From assembly GCA_958295945.1 (NCBI GenBank), contig OY282386.1:1687371-1751370 (forward strand): 64,000 bases of DNA, given 5' to 3'. The notes beneath the pieces were generated by a model that was not told the origin of the DNA, ran no database searches, and was given only the letters and a program-made list of their open reading frames with translations. The DNA comes from Candidatus Poribacteria bacterium. GTDB lineage: Bacteria > Poribacteria > WGA-4E > WGA-3G. Positions 47,856 through 57,667 of this stretch are shown here, piece by piece. The position numbers were made by a program, and so were the translations under genes. Numbering within the stretch: position 1 is the stretch's first letter; every line of letters starts with the position of its first letter.

Positions 47856-48449
47856 TATTCCCTCCGGAAAGTGCCGATATTAGCATCTAATAGTTGGTCA
47901 TTATATCAATTGCAAACTTGACTGTCAATGAATACAACATCCTCAGGGTGTAAAGCTTTGGCAAAATATCGTACTACAATAGATGGTAAGAAGTTAGCTC
48001 AAAGAACTATACACACCCCAATTACATAGGGCTTTTTAGTTTTATTAATTATCCTAAGTTGCCACCTATCATTTGTTGGAGTGGTTTCCAACCACGATTG
48101 TTATGAAGTGACACCAAAATATGCAGAAATCCTTTGTTTCTTCGTTCAATAAAGTCCTTGATGATTAATATTGTGTAGGTAGCAACTTAGGTTAATTACA
48201 GATTGTTGAGTTTTGCTAAGAGTTAGGTTTGAATTGTAACGATGCATAGTAGTAGGCACACTCCGTGTGCCGTAACCTAATCTGTGTTGACAGCACGCGG
48301 AGCGTGTCTACTACGATGTTGTGTTCACAAGCTAAATTGTATCTCAAAACCGTTAACATTGTAATGAAGGACAGCAGAAAAACCGAAAACTAAATAACCC
48401 TGTTAATTACATCATATTGTTGATTGGGTGTGTAAAGATTTTGTCACTT

Positions 48450-48608
48450 GTCTGAACCAGGATTTTCAGGATTATAGGATTTTCAGGATAAGAGTCTGAA
48501 ACATCAAAATCTTATCCAAAAAATAAACTGCAACTTGGGAATATGAACTTTGGAGAGCCAAACTCATAATCCTGATAATCTACTAATCCTGAAAATCCTG
48601 GTTCAGAC
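48450..48608 (+). mobile_element. MITE family B, full-length copy with 22-bp terminal inverted repeats
   Basis: GTCTGAACCAGGATTTTCAGGA...TCCTGAAAATCCTGGTTCAGAC are perfect TIRs. The 159-bp element has internal direct repeats of (a)atcctga(a)aa. Partial copies lie at 8106-8155, 13153-13191 and 18843-18966. Confidence 0.8.
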
Positions 48609-48921
48609 AAAGGCGGGGCACAGAGACCCCGCCCTACAATAGGTTACAGGTTTTTCACTTGAATTGATGCCTACGGTGACAAAAACTTTACACACCCTTA
48701 ATTACATCATATTGTTGATTCTTCCATTAGTTTCTGCTATACTATACTTTGCAAATTAATAGTTGTATTCATTGGAATGGTATTTCTCTTTACAAACATC
48801 TGGTAGTTGTGATAATATATTTGAGGTAATTGTATAAAAGAATTCGTAGAGAAACAATACGACATCAACAAAAAACAAACAGATAATATGACTGCTTCCA
48901 CCTAATGACAGTGTATGCAAT

Positions 48922-49764
48922 TTGGTGATAAAGTTGATTGATAAGAAATTAGTTCGTCAGAAATATCTACTTCATCTTATTAGCAATCCATTTACCATTT
49001 ACCCATTTGCTGCGGGAGTACTTGGAGTTTTCGCTTCATGGGTTTTCAATTTAGAACCACAAATACTATATTTGTTTGCTGGTGCAGTCGTCGGTCTTGG
49101 GTTACCAATAGGGGCATTGATAACGAAGTGGACTTCTGGCACGGATGACATTGCAAAAAAGGTTCGTGAGGAACTGCTTCATGATGCACATCAACAGCAG
49201 GAAGAGGAACTTAACGCACTTCATCAACAATTGCTTAAAGATGGTGACCAAAGAACCGAACAGATGCTTGAAGAACTGCGGATGTTACACGAATCTTTTC
49301 AAGAAGAGGCAATGGACACAGGCTGGATGGCTTCTTTACCACTTACCGTAAGTGCTGAAATCGCTGGTAAAGTCTCAGATCTCTTCAATCAAGCAGTTCA
49401 ATGTCTCAAAGACACCTTGAAGATGTATGAGAAATCTAAAGATTCAAAATTGGCAACCGTCAAACGTGTATTACAGCAACACCGGGAAAAACAAATTGCT
49501 GATGTTCAGCAGACAATAGTTCAACTTACAAATCTATATGCACGTGTCATAACACTTAGTCCTGAAAGCAATGAGACAGAACTTTCACGACTTCGCTCTG
49601 AACTTGATGAAAGCCTTGCATTTGCAAAGAAAGTTGATGAACAAATACGAGAATCAACTCCTGGTATTGATGTTGATTTGTCTAAAGCGAACTCTTCATT
49701 TGGAGAATCAACAATTACAACGCATCAGAATGTTGCATCTACAGAAGAAAGCAATTATCAGTGA
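48922..49764 (+). CDS. Membrane protein with two N-terminal TM helices and a long cytoplasmic coiled-coil (first gene of the PspA cluster)
   Basis: GTG start. TM helices IYPFAAGVLGVFASWVF and ILYLFAGAVVGLGLPIGALI. About 200 aa of heptad-rich helical sequence. Possible LiaI/PspB-like anchor, by analogy only. Confidence 0.5.
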   Translation: MVIKLIDKKLVRQKYLLHLISNPFTIYPFAAGVLGVFASWVFNLEPQILYLFAGAVVGLGLPIGALITKWTSGTDDIAKKVREELLHDAHQQQEEELNALHQQLLKDGDQRTEQMLEELRMLHESFQEEAMDTGWMASLPLTVSAEIAGKVSDLFNQAVQCLKDTLKMYEKSKDSKLATVKRVLQQHREKQIADVQQTIVQLTNLYARVITLSPESNETELSRLRSELDESLAFAKKVDEQIRESTPGIDVDLSKANSSFGESTITTHQNVASTEESNYQ

Positions 49765-49806
49765 ATATGATTGATATGAATCCATTTGTAACTCTGGAGG
49801 TAATCA

Positions 49807-50562
49807 ATGCAAAACGGAATCACTCGGCTATACAATGCAATTTGGTATACACAAGTTGGACGTGCCCTTGAACAGAAAGATTTAGATAAAGAAAATGCGG
49901 AAAACACACAGGATTTGTTTGCTGAAGAGCTCAACAACCGTGAAAATATTCAACCCAGTAAACGTGGACATAGTCTACTGAGTAAATCAGAAGTTTTACA
50001 CGATTCCAAAGTTAACAGCAAAACATCCGGAATAGTAACTCAGAAAATCCTTATAGATAATCTGGATGCTGTACGACAAGTTTTTGAAGACATTATCAAT
50101 GACAAAAGGAATAATATTCAACGATACAAACAAGCAATTGGTCATTTAATCGCCCTTGTTGAACAGAAAAAGAACTCACTGAAAAGCATTATAGATGATT
50201 TGGATAAGTTAGAACAGATGAAGATGGCTGTAACTGCAGAGTCCAAGAATATTTCCTTAGAACTAAAAGAATCTGGTTTATCAGATAGCGAGATAGAACA
50301 ACATCCAGATTATGCACGATGCATCAACTCATTTAATGATTTCGATTCTACCGTCAACGAGAAAAACGTTCGTGTTGACGAACTTGAACAGGATATTGAA
50401 CGTGCAAAGCAAGATATTGAATATCATAAATCTAATATCACACAACTTCACCGTGATGTAGAAAAGATAAAGACTGAACAATCTGAAGCGATCGCAGACC
50501 TTATTACTGCTCGTGAAAAAGGGAAAATTAATGAAGTTTTATCGGATATCAAAGTAGAATGA
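49807..50562 (+). CDS. PspA/IM30 (Vipp1, ESCRT-III superfamily) protein, paralogue 1
   Basis: MQNGITRLYNAIWYTQVGRALEQ... is all-helical. The PspA-like N-terminal amphipathic helix and FxR motif align with E. coli PspA MGIFSRFADIVNANINA. About 50% identical to the downstream paralogue over the core. RBS ggagg. Confidence 0.6.
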   Translation: MQNGITRLYNAIWYTQVGRALEQKDLDKENAENTQDLFAEELNNRENIQPSKRGHSLLSKSEVLHDSKVNSKTSGIVTQKILIDNLDAVRQVFEDIINDKRNNIQRYKQAIGHLIALVEQKKNSLKSIIDDLDKLEQMKMAVTAESKNISLELKESGLSDSEIEQHPDYARCINSFNDFDSTVNEKNVRVDELEQDIERAKQDIEYHKSNITQLHRDVEKIKTEQSEAIADLITAREKGKINEVLSDIKVE

Positions 50563-50623
50563 TATTAAATCAAGAAATAACAAATTGTGAATAATCAATT
50601 CATTTCACATAGGAGGATTTACA

Positions 50624-51460
50624 ATGGCAAACGGATTCACCCGTTTTTTCAAAGCGATTTGGTATACACTTACTGGTCGCGCACATGAACAGGCTGATAG
50701 ATTGATGGAAAATCCCGAGGCAGTACGCGGTGCTTATGAAGATATTATCCGCGACAAACAAGGGAATATCCAGCGATACAAACAAGCAATTGGCCAACTC
50801 ATCGCACTCGTTGAACAGAAAAAAAATTCACTCAAAAGACTCACAGATGACATAGAAAAACTTGAAAAGATGAAAGCAGGCGCGATTGCTAAGGCAAAAA
50901 GTACTGCTGCTGATTTACAACAAGCTGGTACGCCAGATGAAGAGATCAAACAGCATCCAGACTATGTTCGGTGCATGACCTCATTCAACGATTTTCACTC
51001 CACACTTGATGAGAAAAACGCTCGCGTCGCTGAACTTGAACAGGATATAGAACGTGCACAAGGAGATATTGAATCGCATAAACTCCAGATTACTGGTCTC
51101 CATAAAGATCTTGACAAGATAAAGACAGAACAATCAGAGGCTGTGGCAGATCTTATTACTGCACGTGAACAAGAAGATATTGCTGATATGTTGTCTGGTA
51201 TTAGCACAGATGGAACTTCTGCAGAATTGTCACGTATGCGTGAAATTCGTGAAAAAGCAAAAGGACGTGCAGTCGTAGCACAAGAACTCGCTGGTACAGA
51301 CTCACGTGCAGAAGAAGAGGAATTTCTTGCTGCAGCGAGTACTACTGCCGCTTCTGATGAATTTGACTCACTCATCTTTGGAGCACAACAAACCGATACG
51401 CCAGCACAAACTGATGAGGCAACGAGCGAATCACAGAGTGATTCAGAACTGCCGTTATAA
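50624..51460 (+). CDS. PspA/IM30 (Vipp1, ESCRT-III superfamily) protein, paralogue 2
   Basis: MANGFTRFFKAIWYTLTGRAHEQADRLMENPEAVRGAYEDIIRDKQGNIQRYKQAIGQL... Compare the PspA FSRF...KAEDPEK...IR.ME. pattern. Coiled-coil length ~220 aa plus an acidic tail. RBS aggagg. Confidence 0.65.
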   Translation: MANGFTRFFKAIWYTLTGRAHEQADRLMENPEAVRGAYEDIIRDKQGNIQRYKQAIGQLIALVEQKKNSLKRLTDDIEKLEKMKAGAIAKAKSTAADLQQAGTPDEEIKQHPDYVRCMTSFNDFHSTLDEKNARVAELEQDIERAQGDIESHKLQITGLHKDLDKIKTEQSEAVADLITAREQEDIADMLSGISTDGTSAELSRMREIREKAKGRAVVAQELAGTDSRAEEEEFLAAASTTAASDEFDSLIFGAQQTDTPAQTDEATSESQSDSELPL

Positions 51461-51578
51461 TTATTTAAAATAAGCTAATTCGTATCTGCGGGTAATCCTG
51501 CCTATTCAATACATACTGTATTTGGGGCATAGATACCCGCTTGATATGTTACTATATCAAATATAAGAGAGATTGTTA

Positions 51579-53381
51579 ATGAACGTAAACACCTGGCATC
51601 ACGAGAATACACCGAGTTGTTGGGAAGGGGTTTTAGAAAGGCTTAAGTCGTTTGAGACGCAAGTGCACCACATTAAAGAAACGAAAAAGCAATCAACGAT
51701 ACCGCCACAAATTCTAGATTCTTTCTACCTCCTTCACGATGACTTGATTGCTGAAACAAGCAATACTCTACGTTCATCACAAGAAACACATGCTTTCGAC
51801 AGTCGGAATATAGTATTGGATAATTCATTCGTTGAAGCAATTTGGTTATCACTTGACCAATATCCCGAACTTGTCAATCACAAAGATATAGAAAACCTTG
51901 ACACTGCAGGTTCCAAAATCTTCACACGCTTTTCACCTGATGCTCCAACAAATGTATCTGATAGAGAGGAATTAAAATCTAGGATTCAACAGATTTTTAA
52001 ATTATCTGCCGATACATTAGAAAGACTGACAAGCAAACTTGGTAATCGGACTGCACCATTGCAACATAGGCATCAAATTATGAGATGTCTACAGACACGA
52101 TTCAATCTGGTATCTGGAAATCCTGAATTGGATAGTGATGTCCTCAGACTGTTTCAAGAATTATATCCAACTGCCCCTTTTGATGTCGGTGAAGTAAAAC
52201 TGATAAAAACTTGCTCCGCACTTTACTTCTGTTTACCTTCTAAAGTGAAAGAGCTTGACACAGAATCTTCAGGAAATATAAAGTCTGAAGAAACAGATAA
52301 ATCTCATAATGTAAAGTCTAATAAAAAATTAGGATACGCGCAATTTCTCAGAAGGATTTGGCAGGTTGAACCTTTCGCACACTTTCCAGTCTTTGGTACA
52401 TTTAACGCCGAGGAACTTGATCCCAGCTTCCGGTCCATGATTGCTGATGACACAGGTCTATCTATTGATTTGGTAACAACTACACTCACACGGATGATCG
52501 GCTTTCTACCCATAGAGGAACTGGATAAGTATCTTATTCATGACACTTGGGGACATCAATGGCAAGAGAGTTTACTTGATTTTGAGGAGCTTTATACAGA
52601 ATTATCTCTTTTTAATCGTCCACTATCTGTAATGGAATCTGCTTCTGTCTTAGGTGAACATACTACATTCGGGGATGCGTTTCTCAAAACTGCTTCGGGG
52701 AAAATACAGCTGGATCCGGAAATTCTTACCAAATTTATAGATTCTGAGTTGTATGAACGGTCTATTGTCGCATTCACCCCAATTCTGGCAGAAATGCTGG
52801 CAGATGTTGTAGAATACAAATTCCTAAAACTACATCCTGAACAGGTAGACTTAATGCCAAGTTCATCCCTACTTAAGGACTATCCGAGCAAACTTGATTT
52901 AACACTTGAGGATTTACACAACTGTTTTGAACGCGCCTCTGAAGCATTTCAAACTTGGGTAGACTCAGATGAAGCAAAGCATAGATTACATGATGAGATA
53001 TGCGAAAAATTTGATATTCAAGAGAGCGAAAGTAACTACAAAGAATTGAATAATATTCTTGAAAACGCAGTAGCGATTTGTAAAGAACGACTTGAAAGAT
53101 TTTATCAACCTGAATGGTATTGGGAAAGAACCGAAGACGACAGTCTGAAACTCAACGCATTTAGTTTCGCCGCACTCAACTTTCTCCGTATTCATACCGC
53201 TTTCTTACATACATATCAAAGACTATCACAAATTGAAACTTCGTATGGGTTTATGGATGCACTTGTTCTGGCAATGGGAACTTTCTTTGAAATGGAACCG
53301 CAACGACATATTTGGCAACTTGACAGTTTTTTGACCGAAGGTTTTCTGCCACGATGGGAAAAGTTTGCTCAGGTAAATTGA
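51579..53381 (+). CDS. Large soluble hypothetical protein (600 aa) within the PspA-AAA+ cluster
   Basis: No TM segments and no recognised domain. Co-directional with, and 26-112 nt from, its neighbours. Confidence 0.5.
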   Translation: MNVNTWHHENTPSCWEGVLERLKSFETQVHHIKETKKQSTIPPQILDSFYLLHDDLIAETSNTLRSSQETHAFDSRNIVLDNSFVEAIWLSLDQYPELVNHKDIENLDTAGSKIFTRFSPDAPTNVSDREELKSRIQQIFKLSADTLERLTSKLGNRTAPLQHRHQIMRCLQTRFNLVSGNPELDSDVLRLFQELYPTAPFDVGEVKLIKTCSALYFCLPSKVKELDTESSGNIKSEETDKSHNVKSNKKLGYAQFLRRIWQVEPFAHFPVFGTFNAEELDPSFRSMIADDTGLSIDLVTTTLTRMIGFLPIEELDKYLIHDTWGHQWQESLLDFEELYTELSLFNRPLSVMESASVLGEHTTFGDAFLKTASGKIQLDPEILTKFIDSELYERSIVAFTPILAEMLADVVEYKFLKLHPEQVDLMPSSSLLKDYPSKLDLTLEDLHNCFERASEAFQTWVDSDEAKHRLHDEICEKFDIQESESNYKELNNILENAVAICKERLERFYQPEWYWERTEDDSLKLNAFSFAALNFLRIHTAFLHTYQRLSQIETSYGFMDALVLAMGTFFEMEPQRHIWQLDSFLTEGFLPRWEKFAQVN

Positions 53382-53407
53382 AACAAAAGACTGATCTTTC
53401 TTGAAGG

Positions 53408-55264
53408 GTGGAGGACAAGACAATCGCTATCAAAGACCCTACCTACAAATTCCGAACAGAAGCTGGATTACTAATAAATTCAGGCACATCGCGAAGCATC
53501 GTACTTCACGGAAATATACACGACATTTTTTATGTCTCTGATGAAGATACCGAGGATTATATCCCACTCGTGTCATTTCTGACACATAGCTGGGATATTT
53601 CTGGTTATATCTTAATAGTCTACGAACTCAATGGACCACTTCGTTTTTTACATGCAAGCGATCGTGAAAGGGTTAAGAACGCTTTCAATTCTTGGAGAGG
53701 AACTACTGAATCTTCCAAATCCAAGACTCACAGCCATTTCGCAGAACTAAGTAGTATAGATGAGACAGGAAGTAAGACTGATAAAACTCAGGACACATTT
53801 GAACAATACCTAAACGAAGCCATCGGTAGTCCTACATTAGCTCTTGAACTACTACGACAATTCTGTCTGATTTCTCGTTCTACGAATGTCAATGGTGATC
53901 GTTTATTGGATGAAAAACTACTCATCTTAATAGAAGCAACAGATATGCTACTTCCAGAGGGTGAGATACGAACGTTGAGTTTGGCTGACAGGCATAGGAT
54001 TAGTATCATTCAAGATTGGGTTTCTGATTCCGAGTTCATGAAAGGAACAGATACAGTTGTCTTTATCTCTGAATCTAAGAGTCTAATTAACTCCAGAATC
54101 ACACGCCTTCCGCAAGTAGTTGATGTAGAAATTCAATCTCCTGATGTGGAAGCACGGAGACATTTTATTTCATGGTTTAATAGAACGCAAAAAGCAAAGA
54201 AAAAAGAACTCAATCTGTGGGGGAGTCAATCTCAACTTGCAGTCCTAACTGCAGGACTATCATTACAAGCATTACGGCAGATGCTTATGTCTGCTTGTTA
54301 TTCTGGTGAGAAACTTCAACCTGATCTTGTAATTGAGAAAGTATCAGAATTCATACAAGCAGAATTAGGTGAAGATGTCGTTGAGTTCAAAAAACCTGGA
54401 CATACACTCAAAGATATAGTTGGTAATAACAAACTGATTGAGTTTTTGAGATCACAGATAATCCCACGCATCACTTCTACTGGAAAGGATTCAATATCTG
54501 GACTAAGTGTCTGTGGTCCTATTGGTAGTGGAAAGACATTCATCTTTGAGGGACTTGCGGGGGAATTGGATATACCTGTTTTAGTTCTCAAGAACATCCG
54601 TAGTATGTGGTTCGGTCAAACAGATGTCATTTTTGAAAGACTCAGACGATTACTTATGGCACTTGTAAATGTGCTTATTTTTGTTGATGAAGCGGATACA
54701 CAATTCGGCGATGTTGGCAGGGATGCACATGCAACGGAACGGAGACTTACTGGTAAGATTCAAGCGATGATGTCCGACCCGCAACTTCGAGGGAATATCA
54801 CATGGCTATTGATGACCGCACGTATCTATAATCTCTCGCCAGACCTACGTCGAGAGGGTAGGGTTGGGGACATCGTTATTCCTGTTCTTGACCCAACAGG
54901 TGAAGATCGGAAGACCTTTCTTCAATGGACATTGAGCAATGTCTACACTGATACAATATCGGATGAGGCATTTGAACTCTTGTTATCGCACACAGACGGT
55001 TATTCTGCTGCCAGTTTCGCATCGCTCCGTGCAGACCTTGAGGCTGCAAAAAACCGTCAGGGTGAGTTAACTGTTGACGAGATACTTGATGTCATATCAG
55101 ATAGAATTCTACCCAATATCGGACCAATCCGACGTTATCAAACATTGCAAGCATTTTTGAATTGCACACGCAAATCTCTACTTCCAGTGGATTATTCACC
55201 AGAAACAAGAGGATCATGGTTAGAACAGATTGCCCAATTAGAAGTGATGGGAATTAAGGGCTGA
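53408..55264 (+). CDS. Classic-clade AAA+ ATPase (Vps4/FtsH/Cdc48-like AAA module) with a ~340-aa N-terminal domain of unknown function
   Basis: Walker A GPIGSGKTF, Walker B IFVDEAD, sensor-1 TAR and an SRH with Arg fingers LRREGRVGDIVIPV. It lacks the GAFTGA of sigma54 activators. GTG start. Confidence 0.75.
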   Translation: MEDKTIAIKDPTYKFRTEAGLLINSGTSRSIVLHGNIHDIFYVSDEDTEDYIPLVSFLTHSWDISGYILIVYELNGPLRFLHASDRERVKNAFNSWRGTTESSKSKTHSHFAELSSIDETGSKTDKTQDTFEQYLNEAIGSPTLALELLRQFCLISRSTNVNGDRLLDEKLLILIEATDMLLPEGEIRTLSLADRHRISIIQDWVSDSEFMKGTDTVVFISESKSLINSRITRLPQVVDVEIQSPDVEARRHFISWFNRTQKAKKKELNLWGSQSQLAVLTAGLSLQALRQMLMSACYSGEKLQPDLVIEKVSEFIQAELGEDVVEFKKPGHTLKDIVGNNKLIEFLRSQIIPRITSTGKDSISGLSVCGPIGSGKTFIFEGLAGELDIPVLVLKNIRSMWFGQTDVIFERLRRLLMALVNVLIFVDEADTQFGDVGRDAHATERRLTGKIQAMMSDPQLRGNITWLLMTARIYNLSPDLRREGRVGDIVIPVLDPTGEDRKTFLQWTLSNVYTDTISDEAFELLLSHTDGYSAASFASLRADLEAAKNRQGELTVDEILDVISDRILPNIGPIRRYQTLQAFLNCTRKSLLPVDYSPETRGSWLEQIAQLEVMGIKG

Positions 55265-55313
55265 AAAAGTGATGAATGTAGGATGCGCAATGAATTGGAT
55301 AACTACAAGCACG

Positions 55314-56480
55314 CTATTGCTCATGACGATGTCCAGTTAGAGAAATCTCCTTATCACTCGCAGCGGAACGGTAGCCAGCACAAATTATCTCTACGGAGTG
55401 CGCAGCAAATTCAGCATTCATCTCACTTTCAACTCCATTTTCAATACAGTCAACAAACGCACTGAACTCTCGTTGTCCGTCATTTTCACTGACCACATCC
55501 ACCCATTGCTGTTTTGGTCGCATTCCAATTTCTGATTGTGTGCTGCTCCACATTCCCATCGGATCAAGTGGGTGTGGAGTTGGTGGTTCAAATGCAGGTT
55601 CTGCAGCAAACACCTCTAATCTATTGGATGAAGCATCAAATGTCAATGTAGAATCACTTCCAACAAGATGTACCTTCCTAATTCCACCTTGTGGATGACT
55701 CTGCCACCCATATCGTCCAGCAGCAATCGTACCAGTAATCCCACCTTCTAATGATAATACCATAGCACCGAAATCTTCAATATCACAACCATCATGTTCT
55801 TTGAAAAAATAATTTCCAGTACCACAGAATACTTGTTCAACTCGTTTACCTGTCAACCAGTTCACCATTGACACAGCATAAACACCGATATCAAACATCT
55901 CTGGTTTTGCTTCCACGAAACTATACCTTTCTAAACTCGGGTATTGTGTTCGTTTTTGTCCAACAAGTGCACTTCCCGGATGTCCTTTTGCAAACATAAC
56001 ATCACAATGAATTGCTTGAAGCTCCCCAATGTGTCCACTATCCAGTGCTTGTTTCACCGTCCGTGCCCACGAACTATGAATGTTGCTGAACATCTGTGTC
56101 CTTACACCGGTTTTTGCAACAGCATCAACGATTTGTTGTACATCTTTTGCATTCAGTGCCATCGGTTTATCAAGATAGATATGCTTTCCTGCTTCTGCAC
56201 ATTTCGTCCCAACACGACCTCGTCGTTCAACTTCAGTGCATAAACTAACAATATGCACATCTTCACGCGCTAAAGCTTCATCAAGATTAGGAATGAATGG
56301 TAACTGTCGTTCTCTTGCAAGTGATTGAGCTAATTCAATCCGTTCCACAGGGGCATCATGTTCATCTGCAAATGCTATGAGTTGACATCGGGAATCATTG
56401 GCAAATAATACCGAATAGTTTTCCTGATGTGTACGATGTCCACCGAGTAATAGGACTCCGTATTTTCCGTTTGTTGCCAT
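55314..56480 (-). CDS. Gfo/Idh/MocA family NAD(P)-dependent oxidoreductase
   Basis: N-terminal Rossmann KYGVLLLGG.RTH and the catalytic-region consensus HIYLDKPMALNAKDVQQIVDAVAKTGV (EKP-type motif). Confidence 0.7.
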   Translation of the reverse strand: MATNGKYGVLLLGGHRTHQENYSVLFANDSRCQLIAFADEHDAPVERIELAQSLARERQLPFIPNLDEALAREDVHIVSLCTEVERRGRVGTKCAEAGKHIYLDKPMALNAKDVQQIVDAVAKTGVRTQMFSNIHSSWARTVKQALDSGHIGELQAIHCDVMFAKGHPGSALVGQKRTQYPSLERYSFVEAKPEMFDIGVYAVSMVNWLTGKRVEQVFCGTGNYFFKEHDGCDIEDFGAMVLSLEGGITGTIAAGRYGWQSHPQGGIRKVHLVGSDSTLTFDASSNRLEVFAAEPAFEPPTPHPLDPMGMWSSTQSEIGMRPKQQWVDVVSENDGQREFSAFVDCIENGVESEMNAEFAAHSVEIICAGYRSAASDKEISLTGHRHEQ

Positions 56481-56482
56481 GC

Positions 56483-56926
56483 TTACCCCTCCACCCTAAT
56501 AGGTTGATCGCTTGCAAGTGCCTGTGTGATAGTTTCTGTTAGTGCCTCTATCCTTCCAAGTTGTGGTGGTGTCCCACTGAGATAATGTCTCCCAATCGGT
56601 GTTTCATGATAGATTACACCTTTATTTCCAACCAACATTATGTCAATCGCTGTTTCAGAGTCTACACGATTAACACTCAATACGGACATCTGTCCATAAA
56701 CATATTTCACCATCACTGTCACCTGTGTTGCGTTTGCATCTCCCTGTGCATAAACAGTCTGTGGATTTGATTGTATCCATCCATTTGACAGTGCTGCAAT
56801 CTCTGCTGCGGGTTGAAGTAGCGTGGTATTCTCACTTGCAACATTGAGAACACATCTTAAAAACACAGGACTCCCAATCCGATCCTTTTCAATAACTGAA
56901 TCAACCGACTCTTTTAGTAATTCCAT
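56483..56926 (-). CDS. Hypothetical protein (147 aa), translationally coupled to the oxidoreductase
   Basis: The ORF abuts the downstream gene, with stop and start 3 nt apart. No recognisable motifs. Confidence 0.4.
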   Translation of the reverse strand: MELLKESVDSVIEKDRIGSPVFLRCVLNVASENTTLLQPAAEIAALSNGWIQSNPQTVYAQGDANATQVTVMVKYVYGQMSVLSVNRVDSETAIDIMLVGNKGVIYHETPIGRHYLSGTPPQLGRIEALTETITQALASDQPIRVEG

Positions 56927-56955
56927 ATTTTCTCCTTCCTTTTCTGCACCATATC

Positions 56956-57069
56956 ATACCATTTCTGATAGAAAACGCCGCATTTTTGTACCACAAACTG
57001 CCAGTTTGTGCCGTCCTTCAAGACATTCTTAACAAATGTTAATGGAATAAACATTTATAGAAATGGTAT
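56956..57069 (+). mobile_element. MITE family A copy A5
   Basis: ataccatttctgatagaaaacgccgcatttttgtaccacaaactgccagtttgtgccgtccttcaagacattcttaacaaatgttaatggaataaacatttatagaaatggtat. Confidence 0.75.
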
Positions 57070-57174
57070 TATAATTGACTGTTCTGGATTTTTATGCTAT
57101 ATTTTACATGATGTTTGGTAGTAATCCACACCAAACTTACTTCACTCATCATACACATTTTTCGGAGGATAATT

Positions 57175-57540
57175 ATGCCATTAAAAACCTTACAAGAACT
57201 TGTTGCAGAAGCAAAAGCCAACGTTGGACACATTTCACCTGATGAACTTACAGATGTTGACGAGTCTGTCATCCTTATTGATGTTCGGGATGAACCTGAC
57301 TATGAAGAAGAACATCTACCAAATGCTGTCTCACTCCCCCGCGGTTATCTTGAACTTGACATTGATGAGATAACAACTGATGAGAACACGCATATCGTAA
57401 CATATTGTGGTGGTGGAACTCGTGCAACCCTATCTGCAAACACCTTAAAAAACATGGGTTATGAGAATGTCTCAGTACTAACTGGAGGCTTTCGGGGTTG
57501 GAAATCATCAGGACTACCCACTGAAAAATCTGATAACTAA
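57175..57540 (+). CDS. Single-domain rhodanese-like sulfurtransferase
   Basis: ggagga RBS, then ATG at 57175 (MPLKTLQEL). Rhodanese fold with active-site loop CGGGTRA. Confidence 0.8.
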   Translation: MPLKTLQELVAEAKANVGHISPDELTDVDESVILIDVRDEPDYEEEHLPNAVSLPRGYLELDIDEITTDENTHIVTYCGGGTRATLSANTLKNMGYENVSVLTGGFRGWKSSGLPTEKSDN

Positions 57541-57667
57541 CAATCTATATGTGTAGATTAGCATAAATCGATTCCCCTGTCAATTTCAGGATTTTAAGTA
57601 TTCTGGACGTTTCGCATCTATGATATGATCGTCCACAAACTTTTCTATTGATACTTTGGAGACATAT

